From the IMG/VR virus record IMGVR_UViG_3300044991_002272: DNA of 64,000 nucleotides; one strand, written 5' to 3'. The stretch comes from a virus. Of this stretch, positions 18,706 to 28,429 are shown piece after piece. The stretch's first letter is position 1. Each line of letters opens with the position of its first letter. Below the pieces are notes generated by a model. The model was not told where the DNA came from and did no database searches. It saw only the letters and a program-made list of their open reading frames with translations. The position numbers and the translations under genes are program-made.

Positions 18706-19854
18706 TCAAACGTTGTTGATAATTGAAACAGTGATGTTGTCTTCAACATCAGTAACCACAGTGTCAAGAGCCGCTGCTGTTACACGCAAGATTTCCAAAG
18801 GATTGGGTCTTGCACAGGCATTGCCATAGCCTTGGATTGTGGGATCAAATACCTCTTGGTTGCCCTGCAAGTCCACAATCAATGCCTCTGCTACTAATCT
18901 CTTTAATGCATTGACGCCAGTGAGATAGCTGCCAAGGCTAGTGCTGTCTTCGTAGTACAAGTGGCTGGGACGATCATAACCCACAGTCCACGCCATAGTT
19001 GTTACAGGTGCTTCGCCTGTGAAATTGCCGGTTTTGATCACATCATCCAAAAATATAGGGCTGATCAGCAAGCCTAGGTTGTTTACGATCTGTTCCCAGC
19101 GCATGTTGGCACGCTCTTTAGCCAAACTCAAGGCATAAGTGGTGGGATAGCCGCCATAGTTGCCTGCAACGTAGCCCAACTTGGCAAGGCTGCCAGCAAC
19201 TGAACCATCCAATAATGCAAATGGTTGACCATTTACTGAGGCTAACTGAATCTTATCACCACAAGCCAAAGCGCTCACGTTAGTGGCATAGCTCAAGCTG
19301 TTGATGGTGTTGATAACACCAGCTTGATTTAAGGCACCAGTAGCAAAGGTTACTGTGACACCGTTTATTTTGATGTTGTCGCCATTCAACACAGGAAAAG
19401 CTGTTGCAGTGCTTACTTGAATCTCATAACCTTGATAGGTTATGGCAGGTAATCCCAAATCAGTCCGTGCTGTTCCAGTGCCACTGGCAATAGTAATGCT
19501 CGACCCCTCATACCCTGGAGAGTTAGTGACTGTGAGGTAATTTGTTACTGTGCCTGAATGAGCACAAACGCCTGTGAGGCGTTGGCTACTATTGATGTCA
19601 CTGATTACAGCGGCAAGGTTACCTGCGCCGGTGAACACAATTTCGATGCCATTTAAGAAAATGCTATGGCCAGGTGTCACAGTTGGAGTCGATATAGTAC
19701 CAGTAACACTCACTCTGCGATTGTAGGCCTCAGGTTTGGTGTTGTCAACACCACCAGCTTGCGTTCCTGTAAGGGCATTGTAGTCTGTGGGTGCATTACC
19801 AGTCCATGTAATTCTGTAATAGGTGGGCTGAAATGAAGGTGTTGGCATACTCAA
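18706..19854 (-). CDS. Probable virion structural protein with flagellin-hook-IN-like repeats
   Basis: Two (I/L)NG(I/V).(I/V).F...AVI..IN units, Thr/Gly-rich composition, TAAATA at 19883-19888. Confidence 0.65.
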   Translation of the reverse strand: MSMPTPSFQPTYYRITWTGNAPTDYNALTGTQAGGVDNTKPEAYNRRVSVTGTISTPTVTPGHSIFLNGIEIVFTGAGNLAAVISDINSSQRLTGVCAHSGTVTNYLTVTNSPGYEGSSITIASGTGTARTDLGLPAITYQGYEIQVSTATAFPVLNGDNIKINGVTVTFATGALNQAGVINTINSLSYATNVSALACGDKIQLASVNGQPFALLDGSVAGSLAKLGYVAGNYGGYPTTYALSLAKERANMRWEQIVNNLGLLISPIFLDDVIKTGNFTGEAPVTTMAWTVGYDRPSHLYYEDSTSLGSYLTGVNALKRLVAEALIVDLQGNQEVFDPTIQGYGNACARPNPLEILRVTAAALDTVVTDVEDNITVSIINNV

Positions 19855-19897
19855 TCCTCAAAAATCTCTTGCTTTGTAGGATTATTTATGCAGTGGC

Positions 19898-20344
19898 TTA
19901 GAGATCAACCCCATCACAAACAAACTCACTTTCCGTCCCATAGACTACCCGCGGAATACCAAACTCCATAATGCAACGGCGGCAGCCTTTGCAAGGCTTG
20001 CTTGTGCCCACAATCCACTCCTTGCTGGTTTCGTAGGGCCGCTTAACACGCACCACATACAATGTGGCACGCTCTAGGATATCTACATTGTGACGCTTCA
20101 AGGCGTTGAAGATGGCATGAGTTTCCGCATGCCAGAATTGGCTGTGCTCGTTCTTGCCAAATTTATTAGCAAAAGGATGCGAACGAAGGCTGTTGTTACC
20201 AAAACTGACAATGTCTCCCCGAACTGCAATAGCAGCAGCCAGCCTAGCGTTGGCTACAGGCGCCACATCCTGTGCCATGTGCAGCAGAGTCTTGAGAATC
20301 TTATGATCACGCGGCAAAAGCGTTTGCGTCGTGTGAGGTTCCAT
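19898..20344 (-). CDS. Zinc-dependent cytidine/deoxycytidylate deaminase-family protein
   Basis: HAE and SKPCKGC zinc-binding motifs. Confidence 0.8.
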   Translation of the reverse strand: MEPHTTQTLLPRDHKILKTLLHMAQDVAPVANARLAAAIAVRGDIVSFGNNSLRSHPFANKFGKNEHSQFWHAETHAIFNALKRHNVDILERATLYVVRVKRPYETSKEWIVGTSKPCKGCRRCIMEFGIPRVVYGTESEFVCDGVDL

Positions 20345-20355
20345 GGTAGTGAGCC

Positions 20356-20835
20356 CTAACGGTTGGGAATTTCACGAATGCGATATGCGATGAACATTTT
20401 CCAACGTTGTTTAAGCTCAAATTTCATAACCAGCCAAATCAGTGTCAAAGCACTTGCCCAAATGCTGCCCATGATGTAAAATCCAATTGCTACACCCAAG
20501 ATAATAGCATAGCGTAGTGTGTCGCGCCAAGAGCTTTCCAAGGCCATTTCCACCATAGTTTTGTCAAATACTTGTTCCAGCTTCCAGTTTTGTACTCGGG
20601 AGGGGCTGGCCATAATCCACAAAATGCTGGTTGAAATGGTAGTGAGCAGCACATATACGATACTAATGAGCTTGCTCATCTCTCCCAGCTTCCAGTCAGG
20701 AAAGGGATTGAAAACCATAAAGACTGCACAAAGTCCAAGAACAAGATAGAACCAAGGCTCTTGTTTTTTACCTACTTCATTATCTTGAGTTTTCCAAAGC
20801 CGCTCAAGATAACGCAGTTGATGTTGCTCAAGCAT
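20356..20835 (-). CDS. Hypothetical membrane protein
   Basis: Four hydrophobic segments and GAGG RBS below a sigma70-type promoter (20862-20889). Confidence 0.65.
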   Translation of the reverse strand: MLEQHQLRYLERLWKTQDNEVGKKQEPWFYLVLGLCAVFMVFNPFPDWKLGEMSKLISIVYVLLTTISTSILWIMASPSRVQNWKLEQVFDKTMVEMALESSWRDTLRYAIILGVAIGFYIMGSIWASALTLIWLVMKFELKQRWKMFIAYRIREIPNR

Positions 20836-20912
20836 TTGAAAAGTCCTCTGTATGTGTGCCTACTATAGCACAGCACACAGAAGTGTCAAGTGCTATCAGT
20901 CAAAAAGATCGC

Positions 20913-21392
20913 TCAAAACAGGTCTTCGTTATCAACCCTATGTCCTACCCGCATAGCCATATTACTATCAGTTTCGCGGACTTGGACCATACTGCACCAA
21001 ATTCTTTTAGCCTCTTCAGCACCGTAATTGGGCAGAAATACACCGTTTACATACTTATAGAGAAAGTCTGCAATGCCTTCGCATCCAGTTTTTTCCACTT
21101 CGGTAATTTTGGCCAATCCCTTGCGCCCCAGATCCAAAAGAGTTTCCCTATGAGGGTCATCGTTGGCCACCAGAAGTGTATGATCAAACCAATCCTCCAG
21201 CAGCGCCTTAAGTGGTTTCAAACCACCAAAATCCATGCACCAGTTACGTGCATCTAGAGTATCACATTCAAATTCAAAATGAAAACTTAGTGAGTACCCA
21301 TGGAGCCACCGGCAGTGACTATCTGCTCTCCATTGACGATACGCTACTGGTCCAATTTGTCTATAAGTTTTTGTACTAATCCATTTTGCCAT
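20913..21392 (-). CDS. queD: 6-pyruvoyl-tetrahydropterin synthase / QueD-like protein
   Basis: AYRQWRADSHC..LHGY, W..DFGGLK..K..LED.FDHTLL, RETDSN motifs. Confidence 0.8.
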   Translation of the reverse strand: MAKWISTKTYRQIGPVAYRQWRADSHCRWLHGYSLSFHFEFECDTLDARNWCMDFGGLKPLKALLEDWFDHTLLVANDDPHRETLLDLGRKGLAKITEVEKTGCEGIADFLYKYVNGVFLPNYGAEEAKRIWCSMVQVRETDSNMAMRVGHRVDNEDLF

Positions 21393-21495
21393 CTATTCTC
21401 TCCAAATCTGAGTGTTTGATGACTGTACAGAGTGTTTAGAGTGGGATGAACAGTCCAAGTCCACTTTCAACACTATTTAAATATATGAGTCTGAA

Positions 21496-21891
21496 TTAGT
21501 CAACTGGCCAGCTGAGTTTCAACCAAGTGGAGACGTCACTCAAAGAACTGAGGTCACCAACAATCTCCACATTCCATTTGGCATTCAACTTAGTTGATAG
21601 GTCTTCCCACATAGTATAAAAGCTAACAGGGGTTGAGACTCTGGCTGATACCAAAACATCAGGAGTCACTATTTCCATCTCCCAGGTATCAGGGAAGCTC
21701 TTGGCTGCGTCTGCCCATCCACGTGAGAGACCTCTGTCAAACGTGAAGTCAAACTCAGGAATACTTATCCTACTGACACCCCAGCTGGGGCTGCCCGAGA
21801 AAAGGCTATAATTGGTTGCCCGTTGAAATTTGTGAATCAAATCCACAAATTCCTTGACAACAGCCACTTGGTGCATTTTTTCGCGTGTCAT
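21496..21891 (-). CDS. Hypothetical protein
   Basis: 131-aa ORF below a TTGACA promoter. Confidence 0.6.
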   Translation of the reverse strand: MTREKMHQVAVVKEFVDLIHKFQRATNYSLFSGSPSWGVSRISIPEFDFTFDRGLSRGWADAAKSFPDTWEMEIVTPDVLVSARVSTPVSFYTMWEDLSTKLNAKWNVEIVGDLSSLSDVSTWLKLSWPVD

Positions 21892-22039
21892 TCTGCGCAG
21901 CTTACAAGGTTCTTGAAATGTGTCAACCCAAACCTAAATATTGCACCTTATTGGAAGATCTGTATGACGCAAGCCTATGAAAACGTGTCTTATTTGATGG
22001 TCAAAAAACTGGAACTTGATAAGTTTGAAGGAATGCGAG

Positions 22040-22615
22040 ATGGTAAATGTCAAAGAAATTGAGAAAAGTTACAGAACGTATTTTGATGGTCCAGGATTTG
22101 TAACCTCAAAAGGCAGTCTCAGAATCAATCCCACCACTGGCAAAATCACTGTTTTGAACAATGTTTTCTTGTGGCGTAGTCCGCCTGATGGAAAATTGCC
22201 AGTGGAATTTGAAGCAGCGAATTTCAGTATGCAAATACAAAACCGCAATTTAACCTCTCTAGAAGGTTGCCCACAGACGGTTAGACAAAATTTTAATTGC
22301 AGAGGCAACAAATTGACCACCTTGCTTGGTGGGCCAAAAAAAGTAGGAGGGACCTACGAGGCTAGCAATAATCCGTTGGAGAACCTTGACGGCCTTGCTA
22401 CTGAAATTGGAAACACCTTATACCTTCCCTACCATCCCCAGTTGCCTTTGTTGAGGGCCTTAGTGGCACCACAAATTGTGTTTGCCAATTTTAGCTTAGA
22501 CCATAAACCCCCTGTTGCTATTATGAAAAAATACGAAGGGCAAGGCAAAAGGGCTTTGTTTGAATGCCAAAAAGAACTGGAAGATGCAGGGTATGAAGGC
22601 AATGCCAGATGGTAA
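22040..22615 (+). CDS. 21-aa-repeat (LRR-like) protein, array 1 copy 1
   Basis: LTSLEGCP..V...F.C..N repeats and C-terminal KYEGQGKRALFECQKELEDAGYEGNARW. Start reassigned to ATG 22040. Confidence 0.85.
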   Translation: MVNVKEIEKSYRTYFDGPGFVTSKGSLRINPTTGKITVLNNVFLWRSPPDGKLPVEFEAANFSMQIQNRNLTSLEGCPQTVRQNFNCRGNKLTTLLGGPKKVGGTYEASNNPLENLDGLATEIGNTLYLPYHPQLPLLRALVAPQIVFANFSLDHKPPVAIMKKYEGQGKRALFECQKELEDAGYEGNARW

Positions 22616-23370
22616 GTCTACGAGAAAGTGTCCTGAAAATATTTCACTATAACTTTGATTTTCATGCCGGGACAAGTCATTCAGGAAAAATAGAGGTGGA
22701 TGATGCAGGCCTAGTCTCAGCATATGGCAACGTGAGTCTCCGGCTCTCTGCAACAATTTTGCCTTGCCGTTTCAAATTGGTTACAGGAGATTTCCTCTGC
22801 TCAAAAAACAACTTAACTAGTCTGTTGGGCAGTCCTCTCGAAGTTATGGGTGATTTTGATGCTCGTGAGAATGAACTTGAGACACTTGAAGGTTTTCCAA
22901 AAACAGTGGGCGGGGTAACTTGGGTCAATCATAACAAGCTGAATAGTTTGAGGGGGGTACCAAACATCTCTCCTGGCGGCAGTTTTTTTTGCTATAAGAA
23001 TCAACTGTCTTCTCTTGAAGGTGCGCCTGAGAGTGTCGATGGTGATTTTCGCTGTGACATCAATAATCTCACCAATCTCAAAGGTGCTCCCACCAAAGTC
23101 TCAGGCTATTTCACTTGCATAGATAACCCACTATCAAGCCTTGATGGTGCGCCACGAGAAATGGCGGGTTTTTGGGGCCCGTATCACAAAAATCTCCCGT
23201 TATTACGAACATTGGTTGCAGATGACATAGCCTTGTATCCTACTTTGAATCAAGATGCTAGAGCTGTGAAAAACATCCTTATGAAATACGCAGGGCAAGG
23301 CAAACGGGCTTTGTTTGATTGCCAAAAAGAACTGGAAGACTCTGGCTATGAAGGAAACGCAAAATGGTAG
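22609..23370 (+). CDS. LRR-like protein, array 1 copy 2
   Basis: Same repeats and C-terminal motif; 7-nt overlap with copy 1. Confidence 0.85.
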   Translation: MVSLRESVLKIFHYNFDFHAGTSHSGKIEVDDAGLVSAYGNVSLRLSATILPCRFKLVTGDFLCSKNNLTSLLGSPLEVMGDFDARENELETLEGFPKTVGGVTWVNHNKLNSLRGVPNISPGGSFFCYKNQLSSLEGAPESVDGDFRCDINNLTNLKGAPTKVSGYFTCIDNPLSSLDGAPREMAGFWGPYHKNLPLLRTLVADDIALYPTLNQDARAVKNILMKYAGQGKRALFDCQKELEDSGYEGNAKW

Positions 23371-23957
23371 ATGAAGAATCTATATTACGTATTTTTGAAC
23401 ACTATTTTGAAAATTCTGAAGACATCATCCAGAGAGGCAGATACAGATTTCTGAAAGAAAACGGTTCTCTTAACATCCTTGGCAATGTTATAAGAAGAAA
23501 TGGCCTGCACATGCCTGACGGCATGTGGCCAGTGAATTTTGGGACTATCCATGGTAATGTGGGTATGAACAACTGTGGATTGACAAGCCTAGAAGGCAGC
23601 CCAGAAGTTGTGCACGGTAGCATGAGCATTGATGACAATCCACTGACCAATCTTGTGGGATTGACCCAACAAATCTCTGGCCAACTCAATATTTCTGGAA
23701 TTAACTTCAAGAGTCTTGAAGGTTTACCTCCAGACCAAAGTGTAGTTGTATCTTGGTATCCAAATATGCCTATGTTGCGACTCCTAACATGCAAATGGAT
23801 CGAGCTGGAATGGTTTCAAATGCGCGATCCAGCTGACTCCCACCCCAAACAAGTGTTGAGTATTTTGAGAAAATATCGCAGATTTGGCAAAAAGGGCATG
23901 TTTGATTGTCAAAAGGACTTGGAAGATGCTGGATTTGAAGGGAATGCTCGATGGTAG
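23364..23957 (+). CDS. LRR-like protein, array 1 copy 3
   Basis: Same repeats and C-terminal motif. Confidence 0.85.
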   Translation: MVDEESILRIFEHYFENSEDIIQRGRYRFLKENGSLNILGNVIRRNGLHMPDGMWPVNFGTIHGNVGMNNCGLTSLEGSPEVVHGSMSIDDNPLTNLVGLTQQISGQLNISGINFKSLEGLPPDQSVVVSWYPNMPMLRLLTCKWIELEWFQMRDPADSHPKQVLSILRKYRRFGKKGMFDCQKDLEDAGFEGNARW

Positions 23958-24505
23958 ACAAAGAAGAGATCTTGAGAGTGTTTCGAAAATACTTTGACCC
24001 TTTTGATCAATATCTCCTATCCAAACAAATGCAAATACGTGATGATGGCACAGTAGATGTGCAGTGGAATGTTTACATGCTTGATGAACTGGCTGAGATA
24101 CCAGTCAAGTTCGGCACAGTGACGGGGGATTTTGTTGCTGAAGAAAAAGGCCTTAAAACCTTACACAACATGCCCAAACTTGTAACTGGCGACTGTGAGT
24201 TGGCTGGTAACAAGCTCACCACACTGATTGGTGCTCCCTTAGAGGTGGGTGGCAATTTTTTTGTAAACCGCAACCCGCTTGTTTCTCTTGACGGCTTTCC
24301 ACAAAAGGTAGGCAAAAGGGTCAGTTTGAAATGGGGGCCATCCCTGCCATTGCTGAGAACTCTAAACGCCCGTGAGGTAGTGCTGTATGGTCAACCTAGG
24401 GTTATGGCAATAATGAACAAATATGCAGGACAAGGCAAACGAGCAATGTTTGATTGTCAAAAAGACTTGGAAGATGCAGGATTTGAAGGCAACGCAAAAT
24501 GGTAG
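23951..24505 (+). CDS. LRR-like protein, array 1 copy 4
   Basis: Same repeats and C-terminal motif. Confidence 0.85.
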   Translation: MVDKEEILRVFRKYFDPFDQYLLSKQMQIRDDGTVDVQWNVYMLDELAEIPVKFGTVTGDFVAEEKGLKTLHNMPKLVTGDCELAGNKLTTLIGAPLEVGGNFFVNRNPLVSLDGFPQKVGKRVSLKWGPSLPLLRTLNAREVVLYGQPRVMAIMNKYAGQGKRAMFDCQKDLEDAGFEGNAKW

Positions 24506-25050
24506 ACAAACAGGAAATTCGAAAGTTGTTCAAACATTGGTTTGATACAGACAGTGCGGAGTTCGAAATAAACGATGATGGTACCATAAGTTGTGAAGGA
24601 TCCATCACCACTGATTACAATTTCCCAGGCAAACTGCCTGTGAAATTCAAAGAATTTAAGGGCACATTGTTCCTCAGGAAAGCTAATCTACACACCCTAG
24701 AAGGGTCACCTGAATACATGGACGGTGATTTGCGCGTGAGCAGAAATCAACTCACCAATCTCAAAGGTGCACCTGAAGTCATCACCGGCGTTTTCAATAT
24801 CATGAAGAACCCTCTCACCAGTCTCGAAGGGTTTCCCAGCAGTGTTGGCACAGTATTTTTAGACGATGATCCAAATTTGCCAATGTTGAGATTGTTGACT
24901 GCCCAAGAAATCAAAATTCAAGGCAGCCGAGATCCCAACTACACTGTATCAAACATTTTGAATAAGTATGCAGGACAAGGAAAACGTGCAATGTTTGATG
25001 CCCAAAAAGAATTGGAAGATGCTGGATTTGAAAAAAATGCTCGCTGGTGA
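24499..25050 (+). CDS. LRR-like protein, array 1 copy 5
   Basis: Same repeats and C-terminal motif. Confidence 0.85.
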   Translation: MVDKQEIRKLFKHWFDTDSAEFEINDDGTISCEGSITTDYNFPGKLPVKFKEFKGTLFLRKANLHTLEGSPEYMDGDLRVSRNQLTNLKGAPEVITGVFNIMKNPLTSLEGFPSSVGTVFLDDDPNLPMLRLLTAQEIKIQGSRDPNYTVSNILNKYAGQGKRAMFDAQKELEDAGFEKNARW

Positions 25051-25113
25051 AGGTTGACGTCTATGATGTTGCACCGCAACATAAATAGACTAGACACAAA
25101 GGGGAGAATAACA

Positions 25114-25269
25114 ATGAACAACGATATCGCACGAAGCGTTACCAATTGGTATGCTACTGTAGCCGCAACTTATATGGACACAGCAGCAAAAATGTATGAA
25201 GCTCATATGAACCTGGTAACAGAAATGAGCAAGGTCAATATCAAAGATATTTGGCCTCAAAAGAAATAA
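25114..25269 (+). CDS. Small hypothetical protein (51 aa, amphipathic)
   Basis: TAAATA at 25082-25087, GGGGAG RBS, terminator directly downstream. Confidence 0.65.
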   Translation: MNNDIARSVTNWYATVAATYMDTAAKMYEAHMNLVTEMSKVNIKDIWPQKK

Positions 25270-25270
25270 G

Positions 25271-25300
25271 CAAAAAGCCCGCGTTAAGCGGGCTTTTTTG
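25271..25300. terminator. Bidirectional intrinsic terminator
   Basis: CAAAAAGCCCGC-GTTAA-GCGGGCTTTTTTG between convergent genes. Confidence 0.85.
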
Positions 25301-25307
25301 TCTATGA

Positions 25308-25499
25308 TTAGCGATCAATTTCAATTGTGTTGTATTGGGTGAACAAAGCTACTACTTCTTGTTCGCTGTTGCAGACAATCTTCGATGTAATCCAATCACT
25401 TTCCTTGTCCCGTCCGGTGATTTCAACCATCCATCCGTTGTCATACCGATAGATGTTGAAGGATTCACCAACCTTCTTCATTGTTCCTAGTTTTGACAT
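25308..25499 (-). CDS. Small conserved hypothetical phage protein
   Basis: MSKLGTMKKVGESFNIYRYDNGWMVEITGRD..., AAGGA RBS. Confidence 0.7.
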   Translation of the reverse strand: MSKLGTMKKVGESFNIYRYDNGWMVEITGRDKESDWITSKIVCNSEQEVVALFTQYNTIEIDR

Positions 25500-25509
25500 G
25501 TTTTTCCTT

Positions 25510-25929
25510 TCATGAATTGGCCATTTTGGCTTGAATTTCCTTAACATGTTTGCAGGCTCGGCCAAAACCGCCCGCCACACACGAGCAGTGCCAACGGCTG
25601 CCGCTCCTAGACACCACATAGGATGCGCCTTTGCTGCCTGTTACCATCCAGCTGGTGTCTTTTTCCTTTTTCACAGGAGCTACAGAAGGCGGCAAGGTTT
25701 CACTGCCATCAGCTCGAACAATCTTGACTACGTGTTCCATTTTGAAACTGCGCACAGGGATTTTTATATCATTACTTGTGATACAAATATGTGGCCCCTC
25801 TAGCCAAGAAAAAGTTGGAACTACAATGCCCTCAAAAATTGAGGTTCGATTAGCAGGCCAACCCTGAACTTTGGTAAGGTCCCGACTTTCAATCCTTACC
25901 CGTTCACCATCAGCCGGCAATCCTGACAT
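25510..25929 (-). CDS. SWIM zinc-finger protein
   Basis: V.GSKG..Y.V.....WHCSC.......CKHV. Start at ATG 25929 below a TTGACA-17-TACGTT promoter. Confidence 0.75.
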   Translation of the reverse strand: MSGLPADGERVRIESRDLTKVQGWPANRTSIFEGIVVPTFSWLEGPHICITSNDIKIPVRSFKMEHVVKIVRADGSETLPPSVAPVKKEKDTSWMVTGSKGASYVVSRSGSRWHCSCVAGGFGRACKHVKEIQAKMANS

Positions 25930-25997
25930 GCTGTTAACCTTCTCTCTATGTGGAGAACGTAGCATTCCTTCCCCAAAGTGTCAACCTAAATATGTGT

Positions 25998-26345
25998 ATG
26001 AAAAGCCACCCCCTAGTTCCTGAAATCACAAATTTTGTCAAATGGGCCAAAAAAGAATTAGATATCCAAACTCCAGTGGTAGTAAGATTACGATCCAGTC
26101 GTATGAAACATGGCATACAAAGCACTTTTGGTGGTTATGATCCCATCAACAGGAAGATTACAGTGTCTGTTGACGGTCGCCACCTATTGGATATTTGTCG
26201 GACTATCGCACATGAACTGGTTCACCAGAAGCAAAGTGAGCTACAAGAGTTAACCAATCAGGATGGTGAAACAGGAAGTGCTATTGAGAACGAAGCCAAT
26301 TCTGTTGCTGGAATATTGATGCGCAATTGGGGAAAGAGTTTTTAA
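25998..26345 (+). CDS. Hypothetical HExxH (zincin-like) protein
   Basis: RTIAHELVH...E..ANSVAG motif; TAAATA at 25987-25992. Confidence 0.7.
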   Translation: MKSHPLVPEITNFVKWAKKELDIQTPVVVRLRSSRMKHGIQSTFGGYDPINRKITVSVDGRHLLDICRTIAHELVHQKQSELQELTNQDGETGSAIENEANSVAGILMRNWGKSF

Positions 26346-26349
26346 AAAC

Positions 26350-26853
26350 TAACTCATATCTACGCAGGTATTGGGACTCAGAACATGCTCTCCCAGCAAA
26401 TATGTGGGAAAACAAAAACAAGACTACTACTATAGGCACCAGTCTCAGATGGTTTTGTTGTGAGTGTGTTAGCACTTGGGGCGGTTGCACGGTACCCTCA
26501 GACATTCCTGTCCACAACCTGTCTCTCTACTAAGTAGATGCAGCGGAAAAAATTGGTTTGAAAACCATAAACAAACCAATTCCGTGATCGATGTTCATGC
26601 ACAAAACAGAGCGATCCTTTGGCAACATGCCTCACATGTTGAAGATAATTTTGGGTCTATGTTCCACTTGACCGTGTATTCCGAGTTCGAACTGGAGAGC
26701 TTCTTTGTGAGGGAACCAGCTGTGCTTCTCGGTCCGGCAGGCAGAGTCTACCGATTTGTTTGCGTTCCTGATGGAGTACCATCCCTTCCGCCAGCGGAGC
26801 CAATTACCGCCATATTGTGTCTGCTGTAGACATTAGTTTGCTACAGCAGACAC
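26350..26853. ncRNA. Candidate large structured non-coding RNA or origin-like region
   Basis: About 500 nt with no credible ORF in an otherwise gene-dense genome, and many inverted repeats. Confidence 0.4.
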
Positions 26854-26949
26854 AAGTGCGTCAACACCAAGTGTCCAAAAACTCTACAATTTTTTGTTAT
26901 AGACAGTTAGCCTTTGGGATTTTCATTATAAGGACTAGTGTGACAAAAT

Positions 26950-27219
26950 TCAGCTGATGGGCAAAGTTTTCTCAACTGGAGGAGCGGGTATTGACTCAGA
27001 TTCCTTGCTGCCCTTCTGACCAGCTAGCCAACCAAGTGCAGTGCTGGCCAAACTCAGCATAGCAGCCATCCAATCACCCGGAGGGCTCATGTCTACACCA
27101 GCTGTTTTGGCTGCCATGATGATGAACCCAATGGCAATGAATGCCAAGACTGTGACACTGCATACTGCTATGCCTGCATAGTCTTTCCAGTTGTTTGGAC
27201 TTTTCTTATTTTGATCCAC
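26950..27219 (-). CDS. Small two-TM membrane protein (holin-like topology)
   Basis: Two hydrophobic helices, GGAG RBS. Confidence 0.6.
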   Translation of the reverse strand: MDQNKKSPNNWKDYAGIAVCSVTVLAFIAIGFIIMAAKTAGVDMSPPGDWMAAMLSLASTALGWLAGQKGSKESESIPAPPVEKTLPIS

Positions 27220-27769
27220 TTACAATCTCCAAAGTTAATCGGTCTGTTTCAGGATATTCAATTACTTGTTGCCCTTCCTTGCATTCATATACCAAAATTC
27301 CACGCAATCGAGCCTTGCCTCCTGGCACAGACTCAAGATCATTTATTTTGATGAGAAACTGGAAATTTTCAAAACCTGTTGAAGTCTTACCAACACTTCG
27401 ATTGGCGCTGGTGGTGATTTGATGAATAAAACCATCACGGTCTATTATGTGTGCATCAAAGCTGCGCAACGGACAATCATCGCGGAATTTTTTCCGGCTG
27501 GCTGCCACTTGAAAACTGCTGTAGCTGTTTGTGGGCGTGATGCCGAAACCTTCTGGATCCCAAATCAACACCGGTTCAGCAGTTTTGAAAAATCTGTCGT
27601 AAATTGTGTGTGCACCCAGCAATATTGTAATTGCCACTGCCGCAAATTGAAATTTAGCCAAATGTTGTTTAATAAAATCGCCTGTCGCCAAATTGTTCCT
27701 ACCACCAAAAAGTTGCCCAGCCCAATGCTGCTGCCAAATAAAAGGCTGTGGCACTTGACAGTGCCACAA
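27206..27769 (-). CDS. Hypothetical membrane-anchored protein (start uncertain)
   Basis: One TM segment and a two-Cys periplasmic domain. Confidence 0.55.
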   Translation of the reverse strand: MWHCQVPQPFIWQQHWAGQLFGGRNNLATGDFIKQHLAKFQFAAVAITILLGAHTIYDRFFKTAEPVLIWDPEGFGITPTNSYSSFQVAASRKKFRDDCPLRSFDAHIIDRDGFIHQITTSANRSVGKTSTGFENFQFLIKINDLESVPGGKARLRGILVYECKEGQQVIEYPETDRLTLEIVSGSK

Positions 27770-27878
27770 ATGTCATGACCCAAATTTTTCTGAAGGCTCT
27801 AATGGTTGCAGCCATTTGGCAAATACCTTAAAAACATAAGGTATTTAAAATATTGTGGGCTTACCAAAACCCGTTAGT

Positions 27879-28379
27879 TTATAGCTCTTGAGCTTTCCAC
27901 CAACGAGCCATACTGCCTTCACCAATCTGATCGCACAGCCGCACAAACTCCCCATTCATCCCCAACAGATGGTCAAAATGTTCAGCCAACAGCATATTTG
28001 GGCAAGGCCTTTCACGATGAGCCAACAGCCAAGCTTCAGCCTCCTCAAGACGGTGTGTGCCGTTGCTTTGGAGCCAGAGTGCCAATCCAGTGGCTGTACT
28101 TCTGCTTACTCCGGCGTAGCAGTGTACTACGACACGAGCATCAAAAGGTAGTGATGCACCGAAATCAATGACTCTCTGGGCATGAGCAAGAGTAGGTGCG
28201 TTGGCACAAGTGGAATTTTCCTCATCTTCCACACGAAGCCAAATCCAATTTTCAGGACTGATCCTGTTGGGCTTGTGGACATCATCACCAGGATCCAAAA
28301 GAGTCACTAGGTGTGTTGCATCCATGCTTCTCACTCGAGCACGCACTTGACTCTTTGCGCAAACCAAAAATTCAGGCAC
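27879..28379 (-). CDS. Protein-tyrosine/dual-specificity phosphatase-like protein
   Basis: VVHCYAGVSRSTA (CX5R), P.PN.L..EH.D..LG. Confidence 0.85.
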   Translation of the reverse strand: MPEFLVCAKSQVRARVRSMDATHLVTLLDPGDDVHKPNRISPENWIWLRVEDEENSTCANAPTLAHAQRVIDFGASLPFDARVVVHCYAGVSRSTATGLALWLQSNGTHRLEEAEAWLLAHRERPCPNMLLAEHFDHLLGMNGEFVRLCDQIGEGSMARWWKAQEL

Positions 28380-28429
28380 TAGGATACTCCTTATTCAGTG
28401 TGCCTCTATAGCACACATGCGCGTGCATG

